A stretch of 60,053 nt of DNA, counting the filler, from Basidiobolus ranarum (lineage: Eukaryota): the NCBI GenBank assembly GCA_040143965.1. It is 13 parts of 13 records of this genome, joined end to end, with 100 filler letters (N's around TTAATTAATTAA, not from the genome) between each part and the next. Parts side by side here need not be neighbours in the genome. Positions count along the whole stretch, not along the records: positions 46,303 to 50,820 come from JASJQH010001932.1; positions 50,921 to 55,438 come from JASJQH010001933.1; positions 55,539 to 60,053 come from JASJQH010001934.1; 10 more parts are not named here. The stretch is one strand, 5' to 3'. Both the position numbers and the translations under genes were made by a program. Positions 49,727 to 60,053 of the stretch are shown piece after piece (the first letter of the stretch is position 1; each line of letters starts with the position of its first letter). A model generated the notes under the pieces. The model was not told the origin of the DNA. It did no database searches and was given only the letters and a program-made list of their open reading frames with translations.

Positions 49727-52168
49727 TATTGCTTGCTGAAAACTAACCTGCTCTATGGCCTTTATAAGTAACTGCAATTACATCCACCATAAGATAGCCT
49801 TACGCCAATGTTTCATCCACCTTGGTTTACGAATAGGAATACCCGCATTATCTCGCCATCCCCTGCAGGATGAAACAGGGACAGTGTTTGTTGTGGTGCC
49901 GAGAGACTTTCAAGACTTATCAATGGAATCAGAATAAAACGGATTGATAAGAATATAGTGTGATATGTGTAGAAGCCTAGGGAGATTCGTCATCCCCTGT
50001 GTGCTTTATCTGATGCATAATTCAAGATATAGTGACGTGTGTCTTCTATATCTGAGTATGTTCCATTATCGCGCGTCCTAGCCTGGTTGCCCCTAAGCCT
50101 TTTGTAGGGTTTTTATTCATAATATGAGGAAGTTCAGTTTTAAATTCTTCTTGTAGTGACCTGTCCCTAACCCTTTTACAGTTTGGATTTGAATTAGGGT
50201 GACTTATAAAGCTTGTATATTGACTGCTTCATTAGGGTTAAACCGGCTTAGCACGTTTTCGATAAGAGACGATTTTTCCTTGAGATTTTATTGGTTGGTT
50301 TTCGGGTTCGGGGTAAATCAAATCTAAGAGGAAATGGCATCAATAGATATTTTGCATGAATGGTGGTGCTAGTAATAGTGATGGTGCTTAGGGCAACAGG
50401 TGCCAATAATAGTTGTGGATGAGATTGGGTAGCGGATGAGGTTATCCGAAATAGCTAGGTGGACATATGAGGCTATGATGGCCAGTTAGTATTGAAGATT
50501 CGGTAGCAGTCAAGTTATATTAAATGTTGCAGATGATGTAGTATCACCGTTAGAAGGGATTAGTAGTCATAACAGAATTTTTGGTGCTGATCATAGTCAG
50601 GGTGCTCTTAAAAGCTGCAACGAATGGTGAGTAGTAGTAGTATTATTAATAACGGTGCTGGTAGTGGTACAACCAGCACAAGTGTGATGGAAATGACAAT
50701 AGTGATGGTAGGTATTGTAGAAATATAGGTGGTGATGATAGTATTACGACGAATGGAAATAAGATGGAGATGACGACGATTATGGCAGTGGCAGAGGCAG
50801 AGGCAATAGCGACAAGGATGNNNNNNNNNNNNNNNNNNNNNNNNNNNNNNNNNNNNNNNNNNNNTTAATTAATTAANNNNNNNNNNNNNNNNNNNNNNNN
50901 NNNNNNNNNNNNNNNNNNNNATATTCAGTATGTCTCTGTGTTTATCAGGTGAATCAATGATAAAAGGTTGCAATCCCACTGCCAGACATGTCCAATCCAT
51001 TGATCATTTTAATTAGCAGTACCAATGCTAAAGCATACTATTTAGTGATTAGTAATTAATTAGTTATCTAAACAACCAAACAGTAAGTGGTCAATGCAGC
51101 GGTATATAGTAGCTTTTATGATTCTAGCAAGCTTGTACCTGCCCCTAATAGGAAATGAGAGTTGTAATACAAGAGAAAAATTGGTAGAAATTTTACTTGA
51201 TCCTGATTTGACATTGTAACTTTTATCACACCATGTGAGGAAAACTGATTTACAACTACAAAAAATGATTTGCAGCTCACTCATTATATCAGTCCACTAG
51301 ATTGCCCATTTATTGTTGGTAAAAAATCTTTGTAAAACCTTCTCATATATTTTAATGCTATCATCACAGGATGCAATAAAATATCACAATTTTATTAATT
51401 AGATTCTGACAAGATTTAGCCACTCTTCCTTAGAACATTGAGCCACTGTGTCAAGAGCAGTATCTCCCTTGTTGCATTGAAGTAACAGCTTAAAAAGAAT
51501 GCACCATCATACATTATTGCATTATAGGCTTGCTTAGAATGTTTCAAGCGCCTGAATTGCAGTCAACCATTAGAGAATAAACCTGTCTATAAGTGTAAAT
51601 AATCCTGTCGAAGCCAAGATACAATCCTTTTACACTTATAATTGTACAACATCAAAAATACTGCCATCAGGTATTATAGTTTCTCAGATACTGCTTATGC
51701 AAGACTGAACAGATATTTGCCCCGAATTCAGTGTGAGTAGCTAAGACATGGCAGAGAGATGGCCAAATAGCTGAGAGGTTCAAATACGTGTGTGTTTGTA
51801 AAGATGCAAAAGGTGGGGTGATATTGAGTTTGCCACAATAATCATCTAATATAGTAGCTCAGTTTACTTGCATTTCTTGACTTCCATTGTGTAGTCAAAC
51901 AGGAAGCGTTAAAGATACTGAATTACTAGTTTCGATGTTTATGGCTTACAGTCCGTTAGGTAACTGCATGAAGAATATTGTTCTCCAGTAATGTAAGGGA
52001 TCTGAGAGACAGGACTTTATCATATATATTGTTAGACTGAATATCCAGCATTGCATAATACCAAGTAAAGAAGGTAGAATGAGTATGGAACATTACTCGA
52101 TCAACATACTTGATGTGGCAACAACAGTCTTTTATTGAGGTTACTTATTAGGGCCATTGGAACACTAC

Positions 52169-53616
52169 TCAAATTCTGATGCGATCACTGTCGTTTGGGC
52201 AATACACTTCGATGTTTGGATCGAAGGACCAGGTCTTGCGACGCTGTTCGAAAGGAATCCAGAAGTTATTCCACAACCCCTTAGCGATGTATGCATGAGC
52301 TTTACGGCTATAATAAGCGAAAAGAATATTAGATATTGGATTTTCTGAGACAATTACACCACCACTAACCCGGGATGGAAGCAATCAACATTCGACAAAT
52401 GATCAATAGGGAGGCTTGACAGATCAATGTCAAGTGGGTGGAGTGTTATGGCAAAAGTGTTGGTTTGCTGATTCTTATAATCTTGATAAATCTTGACGAG
52501 TCTCTGATTAAAGGCCGCTGCACGCTTATCCATGCTCTTTCGGGACTCTTCACCAATTATGCCACCAAGTAGAGCGCATGGGCATTCAATATTAAGATGT
52601 GGTAAGCCCATAACCTTTTGGCTTCAAATAGGCACTGGATTAGTTTGATGTTCACTATAGTATGCACTTGTGATTACTTACCAGTATGGATCATTCTTGG
52701 TCTTTGCCCAGGTTTGACTTACATTAAAGACCCCACCTAAGTTGAGCCAATGATAAGTTAGAGCACAGTTGAAACTCTACGTTTAAAATATAAATGTAGT
52801 TACCAAGACTGACAACGACTCGTGGAATGGACTTTCTAACTCTTTCAATAGCTGCCCGAATGTTCTTCTCATAAACATCAGGACCGGTGAATTGGAAAAG
52901 ATCCAAGCATGATTGGCACAAATCATTACTACCTAGTTGCAAAGTGAGCAATTTCCAGTCATTTTGAATATCGATCCCGGGGTATTTCTTAATGCGCCCA
53001 AGTAAGTAATCCACTTCGGTGGCAAGATTGGTAGATAAAGCACCTGTCTGTGCGGCATTAAGATTGTCTTTTTCAGGTCTGTATTGGAAAGGAGGGCAGA
53101 GTGGGCCTGTGAAAAAAATTACCATATTAATGTCAGAAAGATGACCAGGGTCACAGAAGTTAAGGAGATTTTACCATAGCATAACTCAACCAAGTGTTCT
53201 CCAACCGACGGTCCTCTGACTGTAGTATTATAGTGGCCAAATAGATTTGGTATGGTGGTCTCACCTGGATCCTAAAATAGGGATACGTTAGCCGAAGGAA
53301 GCAGTCATTATGATAGAAATGTAGACCATACCCCTCCAGCAGCATAACTAACTCCACGACTTTCGTAAAGAGATTTCAGGCTAATGAAGCGACCATCTTG
53401 AATACCTTTGGCAGCAAATCCAGCAGTGATACTGTCTCCTAAGGCCATGAAAACCTTAATGTCATCTGCGCGAAGATCATTAACGCTGGTCGGACTAGTG
53501 GTCCTAGGAGTTAAGCGAGGACATTGGGAAATATCTTTAGCACCATTAACCTTGCCTGCAAGGAACAGTCCTGCAATCAACATCACGCTACTGGCTACCT
53601 TGGTTACTAATCTCAT
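52169..53616 (-). CDS. Secreted SGNH/GDSL lipase, phospholipase-B1-like, multi-exon
   Basis: Signal peptide, DIKVFMALGDSITAGF, LNAAQTGA, DWKLLTLQLGSNDLC, ECPC, DCFHP and LWNN. Confidence 0.88.
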
Positions 53617-55538
53617 GATTCGCTTGTATATTCAGGAAATAGAATACTGCTAAAATGAAAGTAAATACTGGCCCATTTTATAGCAACCTTTAACTTCTGT
53701 TAACATGATCAAGTGGAAATCATTCCCTATTTCTCTTGAAGATAAGCGCCCACCGTGTGATTTTGTACTTCCTCCCCACTACTCATGAGTTACGCTAATC
53801 TGGACCTGTGAATACAACGCTTATTACCTCGCCCATATGTTCAACATTCCCCACGTTCTGCCTATCAATTTTGTTGGAAGATTCCAAAGATTTTGAGAGA
53901 GCATTTGCATGTGCGTATGAGAAATGAGTTAATAAATAAGAGAAAATAAGCTTTATTAAGTATTTATAAGCGTATAAAACTAACGGTAACTTGCGATACA
54001 TCCCTAGAGGGGAAATTTGGGACCAACAGAGTACAATAAAGAAAGCATGTTACACTGCCTATTGGAGTCACTTGGCTCGCGATTGATTATCAAGTGAATG
54101 TTCGGGATTCTTTAGCAGGTAATCGGCAACTATCTTGCCAGTTATCTCTTGTGGCTAAATTGGAGTACTGCGCATAATGATTGAATTTCTGAACTCTAAG
54201 TTAGCAGCTTTACTCGAAAGCTAATTGACAATATTGACAGCCATCTACAGACCACAATTTGCAGCAAAGGGGGTTATTAGTAATAGAAGTGATATATGAA
54301 TACATATTAGGTTAGAAAAGACAATTTAGAATAAAATTAACTTACGATTTCATCTAGACGCATCTGAAACCAGTGCATGATTGCAGTGTACATGAGAAAA
54401 ACCATGCAATAGCTTGGTAGCTTTAACTCTTACAATCGCTCATTCCTATGCACACTTGTGGTGGCAAGACCACTTATTTTGGATACTTCATTGTAATACC
54501 ATCCAAATTAGGTACGAGCGTCAGGTTAATTGTGAGATACGATTAATCACAACAAAACCAATATGTGAGTTGTTTCGTGGTATTTGATACGTGCACCGAA
54601 TATATATATAATGTTTGAATACATACATCTATTTACTATTGTTTTACTTTACAGTTTACATGTTGTAAATTTTGAAATGAAAATTGGCATGCTAAATTAT
54701 TGCAGTCTGATAAAACTTAAAAGGGTTTCTTAAATCCATATCATATATACATCATTAAGAGTTTGATTATTTAAAACATTACCTTAGTGAATATCATCGA
54801 ATGCTATTAATAGTAATAGCACAGTATTATTAGCATCACTCAGACTCCTTTAAATTAAGTTGATTTATAGTAGAGACTACAAAAAGAAAGGAATAGCTGG
54901 AAATTTACCATTAATTATCTCACTGCGCTATGAGAGCTTTATATCATTAATTATATAACCAATATGGTTGTATAACTCAGTGGGTGAGTTCTTCCAAAAT
55001 CTTAATATATGAACAATGCGCGCTTTATACTTGGCATTGCTCCAAGTTTTTTCTAGCTTTGCTTAGATAGGACAGTCACCACTATTACCCTTCCCAGGTA
55101 CGTTAAGCATTGAATTAATATTATTACTATTCCACTTCCTCTCTCACTCAAGTGAATACTTCCATGATCACACTATACTTATTATTTTCCTATAGTATTT
55201 ATCGGGAACAAACAGCACTCCCATCACGATACTTATTGCTAGCTCCAGACTCACCGCTATCGTCATTGTTATATCCAATTCCACACTTTCTTGCTTCCTA
55301 GAAATAAACTCTATTGTCACCATTACCAGTGCCAACATCTCTACTATTTTTTGCTTATTATAATTCCCTGTCCAAACTTATGATATCCTACCCAGAATTT
55401 TAAATCCTAACCATTTCTTGGTTCTTCACTGTATCTTTNNNNNNNNNNNNNNNNNNNNNNNNNNNNNNNNNNNNNNNNNNNNTTAATTAATTAANNNNNN
55501 NNNNNNNNNNNNNNNNNNNNNNNNNNNNNNNNNNNNNN

Positions 55539-56010
55539 ACTGAAGGAATGTGTGGCCAAATACACTTCCAATTTTGGTGTGCTCTTCCGTCGTGGTTCTC
55601 TAATGACCATCGGTGCTGATCGTTCGTGTAGCGATAATATTTATTCACGATACACTATGATACTACTGATGCTATCAGTTGGACCATTTATGGCCTACTA
55701 GATATAAAAAGTACACGGGATATTGCATGCACTTGCTGGCTTATACACCATCATTGCCTCCCGTTTTCATTTTACTGTGGATGTTTTACTTGCAATTTTT
55801 ATATTCTACACCAGGTATGTACTATATTACTCGTTCGTTCGTTCTGCTATGTTAAAGCGCTGTCTGCGGAATTTGGCTATCTAGAGCTGTGTGAGCGTTT
55901 GAACAAATGCGCAATACCAGAAGATTGCGCATACTCCGCATATTCTTGATCAGCATATCATCCCCGTGATAACATGGATGGACGGCTTGGATCTTCGCTG
56001 GAAAAGTACC
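55539..56010 (+). pseudogene. Sphingomyelin/IPC-synthase-family (PAP2_C) C-terminal remnant
   Basis: The frame from 55540 gives SCSDNIYSRYT (cf. CGD.IFSGHT) and IIASRFHFTVDVLLAIF (cf. HYTVDV), with in-frame TAG and TAA near 55699-55707. Downstream WMDGLDLRW. Confidence 0.65.
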
Positions 56011-56716
56011 TGATAGCAACTTTACCCTTCGCTCCGCGTGACCATCAGATGTCCCAAACCTCCAGTATTGCTTAACTGCAGTATATTATATATATATTAA
56101 GTAATATCCATATCACATATATAGTAAACGCTGGATAATAATACTTCCACCAGGTTTGAATTGAACGCATCCTTGATACATTTCATATTACACTCTAATA
56201 GCCGCCTCCAATAAGATACGAATGATGAACCACCGACGCACGTGAGCAGAGTTTGATGCATCACGTGAACCTATATATTCAATGATCAATCAACGGTTGG
56301 GCTGAAATCCATCTTCGAACCAGTCAAGCTAAAGGTTTTGTCGCAATAAATGAAGTTCCAACTACTAAGACGACCTACTCACTTGGGGATTCAGAAGTAA
56401 CCCGATCAAGTTAGGGGATCATGTTTGTTTCAGGAATGCGTCTTAGGGTCTACTTCATCTACCCTGTGCGTAACAATTATTTGCATGTTTCCCAGGGACT
56501 TCTATGCCGATGGATCCATGTTCAGATTTATTTCCAAAAGTGAACCAACTATTGCTAAATCAAGTGGATTTGGTCTTAAAAGAATTCTCCTGTTACTGCT
56601 AATCATCCTTTTCATCTCGAGCTTAAATTGGTCAATTCTCATGACTTTATTCATCCAAGATACAATTACTACAAGATCTCTCTCTCCTCCAAAAGCTTCT
56701 CTTTCTCGTACTCCTA

Positions 56717-58114
56717 ATGGGTGTTTCTCCTTCCCGGGAACTCAACCTTTCTGATAGGCAACTTCAAAAAATACCTACGGATATATATAAGCATTCAAAT
56801 GTTCAAAAACTATATATGAGAAGAAATAACATACGACATGTATCACCTGAGATCACTCATTTGGAAAAACTAACGGAACTGTCTTTGCGTGAGAATCGAC
56901 TCACCTCGTTTCCGGTCTACATTCTGAGCTTGAAAAGTTTAACGAAACTTTCTCTCTCCTTTAATGAGTTGACAGAGATCCCTCCTGAGCTTGGTACACT
57001 TCGACATCTGTCACTCCTAACAATCGCAGGAAATGCTTTAACCTCTCTTCCCGAAGAACTTGGGAATCTTGAGAAACTAACTTCTCTTGATATTCAAAGG
57101 AATCGGTTCACTAAACTTCCTTATTGCATTGGTAAAATGAAGAACTTGACTATCCTCTCAGCACATAAAAACCGAATTAGTAATATTGCACCTGATATCT
57201 TTGTTAAACTAAAGAAGCTGATCTCTCTCAACTTGGGCTACAATCTTTTGAGTAGCCTTCCCGAAACTCTGGTTAAGCTGCGTGAATTGGAACACTTGAT
57301 AATCTCCTCCAACAATTTCACTTTGATTCCTTGGTCAGTCTTCAAACTACCTAATCTAATTAATCTCGACCTGCATACCAACCAGATCACCTTAATATCC
57401 CCCGAAATTCACGGGTTGACTTCGCTGAAACGTCTGAACCTCGCTATAAATAGGCTTGAAACCCTTCCTGAAGAGATAGGGAGATTACAAGCGCTTGAAT
57501 GGCTTAATCTGAATGATAACCAGCTCAGAATGCTACCGGATAGTATCGGAAATCTCAAGCATTTAACCAAGATGGGAATAGTACAAAATAGATTGACTAC
57601 TCTGCCATTAACCTTTGGACAGCTACGACATTTATACAAACTTGACCTTCGCAGAAATGAAATTAGCATCTTTCCATTTACAATGATTCATATGCGAAGA
57701 TTAGCGAACCTTTTGGTAGCTGACAATCCATTAAGTAGAGATTGTGGAACTCACTCGTCGACTGGAGGGTTTCCGAAATTAAGTGAATTCGCCGCGAGAA
57801 CGTTGGTCAATGACTCAAGAAAGTCAAGGCATAAATACTTTCAATTGAGGAGACAAATTCAGCTATTACCAACATACCTACAGGGATTAGTATCCCAGCC
57901 ATCTAAATGCGACCTCTGTGGCACTGCCTTATGCCATTACTGGTTTGATCATGTCGAGCAAGTACCAATATGTGAGGAACGGGTGAGGATTCCAATTCGA
58001 TACCGAATGTGTTCGCAGAAGTGTATCGAGAATCGGCTGTCTTGTCGGGTGATGGTGAAGCTTAATCCATGTGGAGTAGATGCTAATTGTAAATATATAA
58101 CGCTTTGTATCTAA
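56717..58114 (+). CDS. Leucine-rich repeat protein with C-terminal BC-box-like and Cys-rich domain (LRRC58/LRRC28-like)
   Basis: About 14 LxxLxLxxNxLxxLP repeats, then PKLSEFAARTL, LPTYL, CDLCG and RIPIRYRMCSQKC. Intronless. Confidence 0.85.
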   Translation: MGVSPSRELNLSDRQLQKIPTDIYKHSNVQKLYMRRNNIRHVSPEITHLEKLTELSLRENRLTSFPVYILSLKSLTKLSLSFNELTEIPPELGTLRHLSLLTIAGNALTSLPEELGNLEKLTSLDIQRNRFTKLPYCIGKMKNLTILSAHKNRISNIAPDIFVKLKKLISLNLGYNLLSSLPETLVKLRELEHLIISSNNFTLIPWSVFKLPNLINLDLHTNQITLISPEIHGLTSLKRLNLAINRLETLPEEIGRLQALEWLNLNDNQLRMLPDSIGNLKHLTKMGIVQNRLTTLPLTFGQLRHLYKLDLRRNEISIFPFTMIHMRRLANLLVADNPLSRDCGTHSSTGGFPKLSEFAARTLVNDSRKSRHKYFQLRRQIQLLPTYLQGLVSQPSKCDLCGTALCHYWFDHVEQVPICEERVRIPIRYRMCSQKCIENRLSCRVMVKLNPCGVDANCKYITLCI

Positions 58115-59981
58115 GAAATTCTCATTCTCGTTTATTTATTCTCGTCATTATCATTCAATTCATAGTGAGCTCAGGTGGGCCAATTCTTCCCCTACAACGT
58201 CTTATTGCTATGGAGATGCGAAAAACTCTTGAGAGATTCTAATTGTGCTGGCACTTTCTTTTCCCTATACTCCTTGTGTGTGTATCTCATGTGTAAATGA
58301 ATCCAAACCCCAACTGGATGTATTAATTCGACTTGAATGGCTACCCTTTATTCATACAGCTAATTAGAATAGTGTGAAACGTACGAATAAACGTGGAGGA
58401 ACTAGCTTACTACTAAAATATTCTATCAAGCGGGCTAAAAATCAAAAGATACCAAATCGAAGTGAAGCAAAAAGAAAATAAGCTTAGGAATTTACATGTA
58501 TGAGTATCACGCTTAATAAAATACCAACTCGAGTATGTTATTGCAGTGTCGAATATATATATATATATATATATATGTTAAAATAGAAGGATGTCAAAAA
58601 GTTTACAAGTTGTAACAGCTTTCTTTGACTTCACCGATCAGATCTTTGCTATCAAAAAATATAAGTGGTTTGTAGAGCAGCCTGCGCATCCAACCACAGG
58701 TCAGAGGTAAAGCTAAACAATGCATGTGCAAGTGATTCACCGGAGATAAAGATTTTGGCAGAAACCCCATTCTATATATTTACTAAGGATTAGATTCGGG
58801 CTTTCAGAGTGCAGGCTTAGTGAAAATTCAAGTTACCTTATGGGTGTACCTGGTTCGATAACTTGATTGAGTAGTCTACCGCCTACAGTTTGCATTTTCT
58901 CAACTGTAAATGTTTAAACGAATGTGAGACTTAGATAAGCTGACAGTTACATAAACAAAGATTGAAACATACGAAGGTCTATATCTTGCTCTGTAAGACT
59001 ATTATAGTCAGGAATGTGGACTTTGCTTAGTACGATAAAATGGTTATCGGAGTCTGGATTCGGGTATTGAAAGGCACATACTTCAAGATCCTATGGAAAG
59101 GCAAACGAACGATGAGATTCAACACATAATATCAGAATACAAATAAAGTGGAGAATAGTAGCGAACATCATAGACAAGTAATGTATCCTTCTCGTTGCCA
59201 GAGGCTATGTTACAGAAAGGACAACCGAGATGAGATTTCAGAGTAACAGTCATAACAACAGTACAAAGCTAACAAAAATTATCCTCTGAATATGAACTGC
59301 TTCAAGAGTTGTGTATTATATTTAGTAGCAAGAAAAGATTGTGGGCCTCCCATAAGGTTCGGAGTATGTTTTAAGTTACAATATGTTAATTGATATTAGC
59401 AATATCCTATATTATTATCACATTCTCGTCCTCGATAATAATTTCTTTTGTCATATAAATTCGGATAATTTCAGCAGAAGTGCAATTTAACCCAAAGTGT
59501 ATTCAAAAGGTGAAACTTTGGGTATTGAAGGAGCTGTTACTTACTATTAATAGTCAACAGTAGATCCTGATTGTAAGGGTTTATCCTATCAAGATAAGGT
59601 TGCGACAAGCACAACCCAAAGCAGTGGCGGTTAAAGCCCACATATCACATGATTGCAACTACTAAGCCAACATCACATGATCGCAACCGTACCATGAGGA
59701 AGCTAATACATAATACGCATAGCATAATAGTAACAGTCGAATAAGCCCTATCACATGATTGCAACAATCGAGTTTCTAGGCCAAGTTCCAATGGACGCTG
59801 ATGTACGGGATATTAATACATGTCCATTACGCAATTCTTTCCTAACAAACATAGCACACGAATCACCATGTAATTCAATCTATTGTTGGGTTAAGGAAAA
59901 TGGTAGATTGTAGGGTTATGATGGTTTGTATAAAGCGAAAAGCTTGCTTTGGCCTCTAAACCCTTACTCCTATGTGCAGTT

Positions 59982-60037
59982 ACTTTGGCCGTTTAGGGCT
60001 AGATAATACACTTTGGCTGTTTAGGGCTAGATAATAC
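59982..60037 (+). repeat. 28-bp tandem duplication
   Basis: ACTTTGGCYGTTTAGGGCTAGATAATAC x2. Confidence 0.9.
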
Positions 60038-60053
60038 ATAGGTTTGCATCAAC

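Noticed and set aside
50085-50245. TTAGGG/CCCTAA motifs as telomere
   Set aside because: Scattered single units in both orientations, with no tandem array.
50330-50820. GTG/GTA/ATG-rich stretch as coding sequence
   Set aside because: Degenerate simple repeat with no long open frame in the ORF track.
50921-51700. Possible cyclin-like pseudogene fragment on the minus strand
   Set aside because: Resemblance is too weak and interrupted to support. It is CpG-poor relic DNA of unknown origin.
59644-59765. CRISPR-like array
   Set aside because: Only three 16-bp units with irregular spacing, in a eukaryotic context with no cas genes.

Overview
This is not one locus. It is 13 unlinked contigs of about 4.5 kb, sorted by decreasing length and joined by artificial N44-TTAATTAATTAA-N44 spacers. 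The DNA is eukaryotic, with short GT-AG introns and gene content pointing to an early-diverging fungus (Basidiobolus-like Zoopagomycota or Mucoromycota; taxon is inference). Genes: a homeobox factor, alternative oxidase, an MgtA/B-type P3B Mg-ATPase, an F-box protein, RPL4, eIF3k, peroxisomal ANT1, a SOD-fold GPI protein, a secreted Gly/His/Arg-rich protein, TRS65, a Nexin_C protein, RPS6, QCR7, HACL1, a questin-oxidase-like protein, a PLB1-type SGNH lipase and an LRRC58-like LRR protein. There are also two pseudogenes (GGT and a sphingomyelin-synthase-family fragment) and many decayed, CpG-depleted Ty1/copia elements and LTRs. Best leads: (1) a hairpin in RPL4 intron 1 that would mask an alternative ATG|GTAAG donor and a cryptic acceptor, a candidate autoregulatory splicing switch, with a weaker parallel in RPS6; (2) a Cu-only-SOD-fold surface protein lacking 3 of 4 Cu ligands but carrying a predicted N-terminal His and a His-rich tail; (3) a tRNA-like module just inside an apparent LTR terminus; (4) a bacterial-type P3B ATPase.
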